A stretch of 64,000 bases of DNA from Vulcanimicrobiota bacterium (GTDB lineage: Bacteria; Vulcanimicrobiota; Vulcanimicrobiia; Vulcanimicrobiales; Vulcanimicrobiaceae). Positions 30,630 through 40,150 of this stretch are shown one piece after another. The notes under the pieces are model-generated. The model made no database searches, was not told where the DNA came from, and saw only the letters and a list, made by a program, of their open reading frames with translations. Numbering within the stretch: position 1 is the stretch's first letter; every line of letters begins with the position of its first letter. The stretch covers positions 288,001-352,000 of the forward strand of contig CAVZQC010000001.1 in NCBI GenBank assembly GCA_963777315.1, given 5' to 3'. Both the position numbers and the translations under genes were made by a program.

Positions 30630-30814
30630 CGTTCGTTACTCGTACGGAACATAAAAATCATACGACATGCGGCAGTGCTTTCGGCGCTTGCGTGGCCCTC
30701 GCATGCGTCCACCGCGGAAAACTGCAGTCGCTTGCGGTGCAAGGACTACGGCAATTCGCAGCCGTAAGCCTCGCTTTTCGGTGGGATGGATACCGGCTAT
30801 GAAGGGAGCGTCTC

Positions 30815-31591
30815 ATGAGCGGCACCGTTCTAGATCATAATCAGCGCTCTGCATCGGTATGGAGCTCCGGCGGAGACGACTACGACGAGATCAGCCGTCA
30901 AATCTCCAGCGCCTTGGAGCATTGCGTTTGCCGGCTGGACCCGAAGCCGGATGAACGCGTCCTGGATATCGCTACCGGTACGGGTTGGACGTCCCGCCTC
31001 ATCGCGCGGCGCGGAGCAAACGTCGTCGGCGTAGACATCGCCCAAGAATTGCTGGCAGCAGCGAAGGAACGCGCTTTTCGTGAAGGTCTGCGCATTGAAT
31101 ACGTAATGGGCGATGCCGAGAAGCTGCCGTTCGACGATGCGGCATTTGACGCCGTCGTGTCGACTTTCGGCGTGATGTTCGTAAGCCGTCCGGAGGAGGC
31201 CGCGAACGAAATCGCCCGCATCTGCCGCAAAGGCGGACGCATCGCGCTCGCGACGTGGCCGCCCGACGGCGCCGTGTTTAAAATGTTTTCCGTTATGCGA
31301 GCCTACATGCCGACCGCGACGCCCGCTCCGCCTTCCCCATTCGCGTGGGGTCGCCCGGAGCGCCTCCGCGAATTGTTCGAACGGAACTTCGAGCTCAAGT
31401 TTGAGCAAGGCGTAACGAACTATTACGACCGTAGCGGCGCCGCGGCATGGAACGCATTCGTCACCGGCTATGGGCCGACCAAAGCATTGGCGTCGAGTTT
31501 GGACCAGGAACGGCGTACCGCGCTCGCACGGGACTTCACCGCCTTTCACGATGGCTTTCCGACCGAACTGGGCATTTGCGTACCGCGCTAG
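30815..31591 (+). CDS. Class I SAM-dependent methyltransferase; possibly truncated by an amber codon (see findings)
   Basis: VLDIATGTG, GDAEKLPFDDAAFDAVVSTFGVMF, PFAWG. Confidence 0.9.
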   Translation: MSGTVLDHNQRSASVWSSGGDDYDEISRQISSALEHCVCRLDPKPDERVLDIATGTGWTSRLIARRGANVVGVDIAQELLAAAKERAFREGLRIEYVMGDAEKLPFDDAAFDAVVSTFGVMFVSRPEEAANEIARICRKGGRIALATWPPDGAVFKMFSVMRAYMPTATPAPPSPFAWGRPERLRELFERNFELKFEQGVTNYYDRSGAAAWNAFVTGYGPTKALASSLDQERRTALARDFTAFHDGFPTELGICVPR

Positions 31592-31763
31592 TACCTTCTG
31601 ACGGTCGGGATACGAAAATAGAAAGCGGCTATACCGTCAGCGGCGAGGATAATCGGCCAACCTTGACCGGCATCGACCGCGCGGCCTTCGCTTTTGGCCG
31701 CATCTGCTTGTCACATCGCGACCAACACAGGGTACTGCCGCGTATTCAGCGTAGTGCCTGAAG

Positions 31764-32144
31764 ATGGAGCCATGCATTCCGAAGGGCTGGCACAGCATCA
31801 CCACGCGCTTGGTGGTCCACGATCCCAAAGCAATGATCCGTTTTCTCACGCAGGCGTTTTGCGCAAGCGGTGACTTCAATCCGAACGCGCCGTCCATCAT
31901 GTCGATCGGAGATTCCAAAGTCATGGTCAGCGCCGTAGGACCACGCGAACCTACTGCGGCCTTTCTCTACCTTTACGTCGACGACGCGGATGCAACGTAC
32001 AGGCGTGCCATGCAAGCCGGTGCCGTCAGCATAGAGGAGCCGGTAAACACGCCGTACGGCGACCGTCGCGCCATGGTGAAAGATCCCTTTGGTAACGACT
32101 GGCAAGTCGCAACGTATGAAGGAAGCTCGATCGGCGATTCCTAG
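31764..32144 (+). CDS. VOC family protein (PhnB-like)
   Basis: IPKGWHSIT, LYLYVDDADATYRRA, PYGDRRAMVKDPFGNDW. Confidence 0.88.
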   Translation: MEPCIPKGWHSITTRLVVHDPKAMIRFLTQAFCASGDFNPNAPSIMSIGDSKVMVSAVGPREPTAAFLYLYVDDADATYRRAMQAGAVSIEEPVNTPYGDRRAMVKDPFGNDWQVATYEGSSIGDS

Positions 32145-32219
32145 CGGCCGTCGCGTCGGCGCAACTAGCCGGACATCCAGCGGAAGGGGCCTGTCGTCTT
32201 GCCGTTGGAGAGCCGCTCA

Positions 32220-32893
32220 ATGGGCCGGCAACTTCACGTTCACTCACATCCGTCGCGCGTAGAGCATTGGCGCCATCTTATTGAAATCGTCGCCGTCGTA
32301 AGCTGCGGACTATCTGGGCGCTTTATGTTTTCGTTTATCAGGAACGCATAAAACCGGCGAACGAACCGCCGGAATTTCAGCCGGCGTTCTCGGTCGAGCA
32401 TACGCTCTTGCCGAGCGGCAAGGAGTTCGTCAAGGTGCACGTCGATGCGAAAAACGCCGGCCAATCGACGATTTTCATCGGTGGAATCGCGGTGAACGTC
32501 TACGGTATTCGGTTCAACGACAGGATCCGCACGCGAACTATAACGTCATCTACCGACGATCTGTTTAACCGGACCCTCCTGCCGGAACGTCCGACGCTGC
32601 TGTATTCAACCGGCGCATCGATGCAGCCCTTCGGAAACCCCAATAGTTTCGTCAACCTGCAGCCCGGCACGAGCTACGCGGGGTCGTTCGCGTTCGTCAT
32701 TCCACCGCATAAGCTCGATTCGGTGCGGATCCAGTGGCAGATCTGTTTTTCAAAACTTGCGAACAAGACGTGGCATATGCCCCTAAACCGGCGGCCCGAC
32801 GGCTCAAACTGGTTCAACGACAAGTACAACCAGGCTAACGCGGGTACGGGGCTCATCTGCTACGACGACCCCGGTGCATACTATCCGCTTTAG
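32220..32893 (+). CDS. Hypothetical membrane-anchored protein; frameshift at about 32300-32310
   Basis: ATG 32220 frame gives EHWRHLIEIVAVV. The downstream frame gives IWALYVFVYQERIKP, continuous with ORF 32408-32893. Together they form one transmembrane helix. Confidence 0.65.
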
Positions 32894-33026
32894 GAGCGCA
32901 GAGCGCAAAGCCGTCTCGCACGTCGAAAACCAGGTAGGTCGACTGCCCATCAGCTGATTACTGCGGCGGTAAAGGCCATGGATTCTGAATCCGGAGATGC
33001 CGTGCGCGCGTTGGGCTGCGTCGGAA

Positions 33027-33149
33027 CTATTCCTGATAAAAATACGGATCGAGCACGGAAACCGGCGTAACCGAGGCGACCGGCAGGCCATTCTGCTGCG
33101 CGGCTGTGCGAATGGCCTCCACGCTGGGTCCATCGTAGACGCAGGGCAA
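33027..33149 (-). pseudogene. 3' remnant of a DUF4242-like gene
   Basis: CVYDGPSVEAIRTAAQQNGLPVASVTPVSVLDPYFYQE* resembles the DUF4242 C-terminus. An in-frame stop lies just upstream and the N-terminal half is absent. Confidence 0.6.
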
Positions 33150-33199
33150 TTTCTTGTTTTATCTACGCAGGGCGGACAGAGAGCTCACGCGTTGCTGGT

Positions 33200-33553
33200 T
33201 CAGCGTTGCCTTCGTTGGTGCAGCGCGAAGCCGTTGCCGTCGGGATCTTTTGCGAAGCACGCGGAGCAGGCGGGAAAATCGTAGACCGGCGTGACGGTCA
33301 CCCCGTTTTCCACAAGCCGCTCGCGAGCGGCGCACACGTCCTCCACCTCAAACGCAACGCCATTGCAGATTCCGGGTTCGTATCCCGCCGGCTCACCGTC
33401 GACCGCGAATGCCGACGAACCGGCGTTGAACTCGACAAACCGTTCGTTGAACGCCTCCCCCGGCTCCAGTCCTACCACGTCACGGTAAAACGCGGCTGCG
33501 CGTGCAACATCGCGGACCGCATAAGCGATAAACGCAACACCCTTAATCATCAA
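33200..33553 (-). CDS. VOC family protein
   Basis: VRDVARAAAFYRDVVGL, VAFEVED, FAKDPDGNGFALH. Confidence 0.88.
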   Translation of the reverse strand: MMIKGVAFIAYAVRDVARAAAFYRDVVGLEPGEAFNERFVEFNAGSSAFAVDGEPAGYEPGICNGVAFEVEDVCAARERLVENGVTVTPVYDFPACSACFAKDPDGNGFALHQRRQR

Positions 33554-33653
33554 CCCTCATCTCGAATGACGGCACGGCTCCCGTTCGCGGCCGAAATACC
33601 GTATACACTCGCAAGCCCTCACGGTCCTTCGGTACCACCGGACAATTCGTGGG

Positions 33654-33749
33654 CTAACTTTCCTTTCGGCTATTCACCCATTTCTGGGCGATCCATCGAA
33701 CAACAAAAAATGCAACGATCACCCCCGCAACCTCCGCTGCAACGTTCAT
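33654..33749 (-). CDS. 31-aa single-pass membrane peptide
   Basis: SD AAGGAGG 5 nt before ATG; MNVAAEVAGVIVAFFVVRWIAQKWVNSRKES*. Confidence 0.6.
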   Translation of the reverse strand: MNVAAEVAGVIVAFFVVRWIAQKWVNSRKES

Positions 33750-33898
33750 CGGAGCCTCCTTCGATTTTCAAGCAGGCACTTATACATCCCGGCACTTGCC
33801 CCGATACGTCGGGATAACAAGGCGGCGTGCGCCTTGGGCGCGTTTCCGCCCTTAACTGCGCAAAGGTCACCGGGCAAAGCGGACGCGAATTGCGCTTG

Positions 33899-34387
33899 AT
33901 GACCGAGTCGCGCCGCCCGCTGTTTGCAATGCTCTCGCAACTGCTGATCGCATACACCTACGAATTTGATGCCGCACTCGCGCACGAACTTGGCAGACGC
34001 GGCTCGGGGGACCTCCCATCGCTTGCAATGTTCGCTAACGTGTTGCAGTTCGTCGGCGATGGAGCGATCGGAGAGGAGCAGTTACAGTCGCTCTGCGGCA
34101 TTGCGCCGCCGACGCTGAAAACAATGCTCCGTTGTCTCGAGCGCCACGGATGGATCTCCATGGCCGCCGACGGTGCGGTTCAGTTGTCGCCGGCTGGCTC
34201 AGACGCGGCGCGCGCCTTTCCCAAAGCGAATGAAGCGGTCGAACGGCGGTGGGAAGCACAATGCGGAGCCGATGCCATTACGACGCTGCGGCGCGCGCTG
34301 GAAAAAACATGCGCACGGCTTCCGCGAGGTTTTCCGCAGTACCCCATGACGGCGGCACATCGAGGCGCGTTTCCCAGAGGCGAATAG
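33899..34387 (+). CDS. MarR-like winged-helix protein
   Basis: LSQLLIAYTYEF, TLKTMLRCLERHGWI, VQLSPAG, VERRWEAQCG. Confidence 0.6.
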   Translation: MTESRRPLFAMLSQLLIAYTYEFDAALAHELGRRGSGDLPSLAMFANVLQFVGDGAIGEEQLQSLCGIAPPTLKTMLRCLERHGWISMAADGAVQLSPAGSDAARAFPKANEAVERRWEAQCGADAITTLRRALEKTCARLPRGFPQYPMTAAHRGAFPRGE

Positions 34388-34507
34388 AACCGCTCAGCCC
34401 GCTCGCAGTTTACCCGCAACGAAGGTGCAAGAGTTCCACCGGCTCCGGCAAATCTTCTTTGCGAAGGTCAAAGGCGCAGCGAGTACTTTCCGATTTGACG
34501 CTGTGTG

Positions 34508-35599
34508 CTAAACGACGGCTTTATGCGCTTTCGGCTGCGTCTCCGCCCTCAGTTGGCCGCAAGCCGCGGCAATGTCGCGGCCCATGTTTTGGCGCACCGT
34601 CGTAGGAATACCGGCCTGGTCCAAAATAGCCGCGAACCTGCGAATGTCGTCGCTTTCGGTGCCGGTGAACGGTCCGTCGGGCGTCGCGTTGTATGGTATC
34701 AGGTTGACGTGATACAAGCGCCCCTTCATGCGGTGCGCTAATTCTCGGGCGTCCTCTTCACTGTCGTTGACGCCGCGCAGCATCACGTATTCGAAGAACA
34801 CCTTGCGGCTCGTTTTTGCGATGTAGCGATTGCAAGCGGCAAGCAGCTCGTCCATGGGGTACCGGCGATTCACCGGCATGATTTTGCCCCTCACCCGATC
34901 GCTTGCGGCGTGCAGCGAGATGGCCAGATTCACCTGAATGCCTTCGTCGGCGAAAGCGTCGATTTTATCCACCAAGCCGACGGTAGAGATCGTGATGTGG
35001 CGGTGACCCAAGCCAAAGCCTTGCGAATCGTGCAGCAAAGCCACCGCGTTCATAACCGCTTCGTAGTTGTGAAACGGCTCGCCCATGCCCATGAAGACGA
35101 CGTTGGTCAAGCGTTTGCCCTTGGCCGCCAGCTCGCGAGCGAAGTAGACCGCCTGATCGAATATCTCGCATGCTTCCAGCTGGCGGGTGAAGCCGGCTTG
35201 GCCCGTGGAACAGAACGCGCACGCGAACGCGCAGCCGGCCTGCGAACTGATGCACACCGTAGTACGGTTACCGTAGTGCTCCATCAGCACGGCTTCGACT
35301 TCGCTGCCATCGGCCAGCCGGAACAGGCCTTTGCGCGTCTGACCGTCGGCGGAGTTCTGCACGATCACCGGCGTCACGGAACTCAAAGAAAAACCCGCAG
35401 CGGTCAACTCCGCACGTAATTCTTTGGGCAGCGTCGTAACGTGGGCGACGTCATCGACAAATTCTTTAGCGGCAGCGCGATAGATCTGCTGCAATCGATA
35501 CGGCTTGATCCCGAAGCGTGCGCAAAACGCATCGGCGTCGCCAAAGCCGGCACGGCGAATTTTTTCGGCAAGCCAAATGGCGGCGGGATCGCGGCGCAT
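34508..35599 (-). CDS. rlmN: 23S rRNA (adenine-C2) methyltransferase RlmN (radical SAM)
   Basis: CISSQAGCAFACAFC, FMGMGEP, ISLHA, NLIPYN, DIAAACGQL. Confidence 0.96.
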   Translation of the reverse strand: MRRDPAAIWLAEKIRRAGFGDADAFCARFGIKPYRLQQIYRAAAKEFVDDVAHVTTLPKELRAELTAAGFSLSSVTPVIVQNSADGQTRKGLFRLADGSEVEAVLMEHYGNRTTVCISSQAGCAFACAFCSTGQAGFTRQLEACEIFDQAVYFARELAAKGKRLTNVVFMGMGEPFHNYEAVMNAVALLHDSQGFGLGHRHITISTVGLVDKIDAFADEGIQVNLAISLHAASDRVRGKIMPVNRRYPMDELLAACNRYIAKTSRKVFFEYVMLRGVNDSEEDARELAHRMKGRLYHVNLIPYNATPDGPFTGTESDDIRRFAAILDQAGIPTTVRQNMGRDIAAACGQLRAETQPKAHKAVV

Positions 35600-35600
35600 T

Positions 35601-36290
35601 TTAGTACTCAAAGAGCGTGAGCGGCTCGGCTGCCGGCGCGCTCGGAGTTTGGACCTGGGCCGACGCAAGCGCCTCGAGCTCGTCGAGTTTGGCACGTACC
35701 TGCTTGAGATCCGACCAAACCATGCGCTTGGTGTCGGAAAGCGCCATACCGCCCTGGCGCAGCAGGTACGCCGGATGGAACGTTACCATCAGCGGAATGC
35801 CGCGCGGTCCTTCATACCAACGGCCCCGCCCCGCGGTGATGCCGAACGACGGTCCGAGAAATGATTTAGCCGCAGGTGCACCGAGCGCAAGAACGACTCG
35901 CGGAGCGATTATCTCAATCTGTTCGTCCAAGTATGGACGGCAGTTTTCCATCTCGACGGGCGCAGGCGCTCGATTTCGTAAGGCCTCGCCCTCGCGCAGC
36001 GTCGGACGGCATTTTACGGTGTTGCAAATATAGACGTCTTCCCGCGGCAAGCCGATTGCCGCCAACATCCGGTCGAGCAGTTCGCCGGCGCGGCCCACGA
36101 ACGGCCGCCCGAGCAAATCTTCAGTCTCGCCCGGCCCCTCGCCTACGACAAGCAGTGAAGCGCACGCGTCGCCTTCGCCGTAAACGTTGTTGCGCCGTTC
36201 GAACCCGATGGCGCACTTGCGGCACGAGGCCGCAACCGCAGCAGCCCGCTCCAACAGGCGTTCTCTGCGCGCGCGTTCGTGCAGAGTCAT
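35601..36290 (-). CDS. Uracil-DNA glycosylase family 4 (Fe-S)
   Basis: CRKC, VGEGPG, PFVGRAG, NTVKCRP, TFHPAYLLR. Confidence 0.93.
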   Translation of the reverse strand: MTLHERARRERLLERAAAVAASCRKCAIGFERRNNVYGEGDACASLLVVGEGPGETEDLLGRPFVGRAGELLDRMLAAIGLPREDVYICNTVKCRPTLREGEALRNRAPAPVEMENCRPYLDEQIEIIAPRVVLALGAPAAKSFLGPSFGITAGRGRWYEGPRGIPLMVTFHPAYLLRQGGMALSDTKRMVWSDLKQVRAKLDELEALASAQVQTPSAPAAEPLTLFEY

Positions 36291-36300
36291 CGGCAACGGT

Positions 36301-36645
36301 TCATGCGGCGTAATTGTGCGGCGCCAGGCGTACCGCCTCACCATACGCCACGACCTGCGTCGATCCGTCGCGCTGCTCGATCGCCTCGAAGCGCACTTTG
36401 ATGACCGCATCGGCGCCCAAACGCGTCGCATGCTCGCGAAGTTGTTCGAGCGCTTCCTCCCGAGCGCGTTCCGCATCCGTCAGGTATTCTACGGGCGCCA
36501 AACCGATGAAAGCGCCGATTGTCCGGAAGGTTGCGCGCAGCATGTTGTGCTGCCGCGTGGCGGCTCCGCCGACCGTACCCAGCGAACGAGCGATGCGAAA
36601 GCCGTCGGCCACGTCGAGGGTTACGAGGTTCTCTTTTGCAATCAT
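36301..36645 (-). CDS. YbjQ/UPF0145-like protein
   Basis: AREEALEQLREHATRLGADAVIKVRF...VVAYGEAV. Confidence 0.85.
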   Translation of the reverse strand: MIAKENLVTLDVADGFRIARSLGTVGGAATRQHNMLRATFRTIGAFIGLAPVEYLTDAERAREEALEQLREHATRLGADAVIKVRFEAIEQRDGSTQVVAYGEAVRLAPHNYAA

Positions 36646-36651
36646 GCTTCA

Positions 36652-37608
36652 GTGAGTATTTCCCGTTCGGCGCTCATCGTCCGCTTGGATGCCATAGGAG
36701 ACGCACTGACCACCGTGCCGCTCATCGAGGCGCTTCGCCGGTATGGAATGAGCGTGGGGGCGGTGCTGCAGGCCGCCAACGCCGGCATCTTTTCCACGCG
36801 GTGCTTGGATGGCGTGCATATCTGCGGCTCGGACGATCTCGTCGACCAGATTCGCGCACGGCGATACGATTACGCGCTGATCGCAACGGAAAAGCCCCTG
36901 GGCTACCGCATCGCTCGATCCGCCCGCATCCCGGTGCGAATCGGCTTCCAAAACGGCCCGCGCAAGCCGTTCAAGTCGCTGTGGATACGTTCGATGTGCA
37001 CGCACGCGGTCTTTCGAGCAGCCGGCCGGGATTCACGAAACGAACACGAATGCGAAACGATCTTCCGATTGGTTTCACCGTTGTTGCCGTACGCATTGCC
37101 CAGCCGCGACGCGTGCGCGCTGCGTCCGCTCGTGCTCAACGAGATGCCACCGCGCGAGGAGCGCGTGGTACTGCAATTGACGGACAAGTGGGAACGTTTG
37201 GGCGCGCGCAGCGAGCATGTCGCCGAGCTCGTTGCGCGCGTGGCGGCGCGCCGCAGCATTCGGCTGGTAGGCAGCGAGCGCGAACGCGCCTACTGCGAGC
37301 GCATCGCCGCCGCGTCCGATCTTCCCGTCGACGTATTCCAACGGCTGGAGGATTGGAAGAACGGCATCGCTGCAGCGTCCGCGGTCGTTGCGCCGGATTC
37401 CGGCGCAATTCACGTCGCCGGGACGGTGGGCACTCCCGTCGTCGCCTGCTTTGCAGATAACGGGTTCGCGCAGCAGAGCGTGCGATGGGCTCCGTGGGCT
37501 TCGCCGTATCGCCCCGTGCAAATACAAGGCAGGCACTGGCCGCTGGTGGCCGCCGACGCTCTCGAGCTGCTGCTCACCGGCAACCCACGCTCCGCTTATA
37601 AAGGCTGA
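36652..37608 (+). CDS. Glycosyltransferase family 9 (heptosyltransferase-like)
   Basis: LIVRLDAIGDALTTVPLIEALR; APDSGAIHVAGTVGTPVVACF. Confidence 0.85.
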   Translation: MSISRSALIVRLDAIGDALTTVPLIEALRRYGMSVGAVLQAANAGIFSTRCLDGVHICGSDDLVDQIRARRYDYALIATEKPLGYRIARSARIPVRIGFQNGPRKPFKSLWIRSMCTHAVFRAAGRDSRNEHECETIFRLVSPLLPYALPSRDACALRPLVLNEMPPREERVVLQLTDKWERLGARSEHVAELVARVAARRSIRLVGSERERAYCERIAAASDLPVDVFQRLEDWKNGIAAASAVVAPDSGAIHVAGTVGTPVVACFADNGFAQQSVRWAPWASPYRPVQIQGRHWPLVAADALELLLTGNPRSAYKG

Positions 37609-38969
37609 TCGTTCCGGAGTTGCGTTCGATCCGATAGACCCCTTGAGCGATCAGTCGTCGCACGGCCGCCTGCGATTCGACCAGTCGCGCCGACTGAGGA
37701 AATGCGCGGTCGATCAGAACGTAACATGCATCTACCGGCAGGTTCGCCGTTTCCGGCAGCACCGCGGCGTTGGGGTCGCGCGCGGCCAAATGCGTATACG
37801 CTTCCTCTTGCGTTGCCACCGAAACGTTACTGGAAAGCGTGCTCAAAAAACGATCTAACGCATCGTCGGCGGGCGTGCGCGAATGCAGAAAGTATCCCGG
37901 ATGCAACGGATTGGCGGCCGCGAATTCAGACTACGCAAAGCCCTACGCACCAGTACAGCGCAATTCGAGCACGCGCGGGCGAACGCGCCCACAGCGCGGC
38001 GATTCCCGCGCAAAATGCGTACAGCACCCAGCCCGTCCAGGCGCCCGCATAGTGTGAACCCATCGTGTACGTCGTCGGCATACGGGATGCGAGCACTTCC
38101 GCCAGCGGGACGATCGCAACGAGCATCGCCGGCGTTCGGAACGGTACGAACAGCAGCGGCACGAAGGCCAGCAGCAAAAAACCGATGCGCGCGAGCACGC
38201 CGTCCGGAAACAAAGCGCGCACATCGGAAGCGGTCCAGGCGTAAAAACGCGAGCCCGACCAATTAGCGTGGCCTTCAAGCGCGCCGGCATGCGGGGCGAT
38301 TGCCGCGAAATACACGATGAAAACGACGATCCCCAACGCACTCGCTGCGCACGCGAGGCGCAAACGCAGCGGATCGCTCCGATACGCCGCCGCTCCTATC
38401 GCCCCGGCAACGAAAACGAAGAGCGCCTGATCTTCCTTGACGCTCAGCGCGAGCAACGTCAAAGCAATCGTCCAACCCGCCAAGCCGCCGTCGAACGCCC
38501 ACAGCAGCCACGCAACCGCCGCGGGCGCCAGACCGTTCTCGTGGAAATCGTTGAAAATAACGCCCGCAAGCGGTGGGTAGAGCAGCACGATGAGCGCGCC
38601 TAGGCGCGCGATGCCGCGCTCCGTGCGCCGCGCCAGCAAGCCGTACACCGGCGGAGCCGTCAAGGCGCCGGCTATCGCCTGAATCGCGACGAGCGCAAGC
38701 GCAGAATCCCAAACGCGCATGACGGCGCCGGCGGCATACAGCACGGGCGAGAAATGAAACGCCCAATGACTGCCCTCGACCGTATTGCAAAAGCAGCCGA
38801 ATGCCGATGCCGCCGTTTGCGCGAAAATACCCATGTCGACGAAATTGCGGTGACCCGCATACCGGACCGCTCCCAGAAAAAAATACAGCGCCGCGTATGC
38901 CCCGACGCCGATCCACAGCAGCCAGTCGGAAAACACGGCGGCCCGAGCGTCGGCCCGGGAACGCTTCAC
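37574..38969 (-). CDS. DUF2079-like multi-pass membrane protein (GT-C-like); 1-nt frameshift at 37930
   Basis: DMGIFAQ, HWAFHFSP, DFHE, SVKED, HYAG. Deleting A37930 joins the ORF to 37574-37906 (GLCVAEFAAANPLHPG). Confidence 0.8.
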
Positions 38970-40064
38970 GTTCGGCGCTGCTGCAGGTACGGCCAAATGA
39001 ACGCGTCGATTTCGCCGTCGAGAACCGCTTGCGTGTTGCCCGTTTCCACGTTGGTGCGATGATCTTTGACGAGCTGATAGGGATTGAGCACGTAAGAACG
39101 GATTTGCGAGCCCCACTCGTTGGCGCTGCGCTCTCCGCGCAACTCGGCCAGCCTGCGGTCGCGGCTTTCCAACTCGCGCTGCACGAGCTTGGCGCGCAGA
39201 ATGCTCATGGCAACGTCGCGGTTCTGCGCTTGCGAACGCTCCTGCTGCGAGGCAACGATGACGCCCGACGGCTCGTGTATGATCCGCACGGCCGATTCGG
39301 TCTTGTTGACGTACTGACCGCCGGCTCCGCCGGACTTGAACGTTTCGATTCGCAAGTCTTCAGCATTGATCTCGACTTGCACGTTCTCGCCCTCCTCTAT
39401 CTCGGGAATGACGTCGACGGCGCTGAATGACGTGTGCCTGCGATGTGCCGCATCGAATGGCGAAATGCGCACCAGTCGATGCACGCCGCGCTCGCTTTCG
39501 AGCATGCCGTACGCGTTTTGTCCCCGGATGAAAAACGTTACGGATTTCAAGCCCGCTTCTTCGGCCGGCGACTCATCGACGACATGGGTGAGGTAACCTT
39601 GGAGATCGGCCCAACGCAGGTACATGCGCGTGAGCATTTGCGTCCAGTCCGCGGCGTCCACGCCGCCGGCTCCGGCATAAATGCTCACTATTGCATTGTG
39701 CGCATCGAACTCGCCGTCGAAGTTGGCGGCCATTTCCAGTCGATCGAGCCGCTCTTCGGCATTCTGAATGCCGGCATCGATCTCTTCGGCGGCGGCTGCA
39801 TCGTCGGGAAAAAGCGATAGCATTTCCCGAGCCTCGTTGAGGGCTCGAGCGACTGCGTCCATTGCGTCCTGGTCGGCGCGCAGCTCGGCGAGCTGCTTCA
39901 TGACGCGCTGCGCCGAATCGGGCTCGTTCCAGAACGTGTCCGTGCGCGATCGGCTGTCGAGTTCGCCGATCAGCCGGCTTTTGCCGGCGTAGTCAAAGAC
40001 GCTCCTTGAGCGCGATCAAACGCTCGGACAGGCGCGCTAAACGGGTCAACTGCGAGTCGCTCAT
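38966..40064 (-). CDS. prfB: Peptide chain release factor 2, with programmed +1 frameshift
   Basis: SPF and GGQ motifs, WGSQIRSY. Upstream frame MSDSQLTRLARLSERLIALKERL ends at CTT-TGA-C. Confidence 0.97.
39992..40007 (-). promoter_or_regulatory. prfB programmed +1 ribosomal frameshift site
   Basis: AAGGAG-CGT-CTT-TGA-C: internal SD followed by the slippery CUU UGA C. Confidence 0.95.
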
Positions 40065-40150
40065 CGGCCATCGACATTCGGTCGCGCATCGCGCTGCCCT
40101 TTCGACGCTAACCGTAGGGCGTGAACGTGTCCGCAGAAATGGAGGCACCA

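Noticed and set aside
31589..31591. Pyrrolysine or genome-wide amber recoding
   Set aside because: Many genes here end normally at TAG (e.g. dtd, yajQ, mnmA), and no pyl genes are present in the window.
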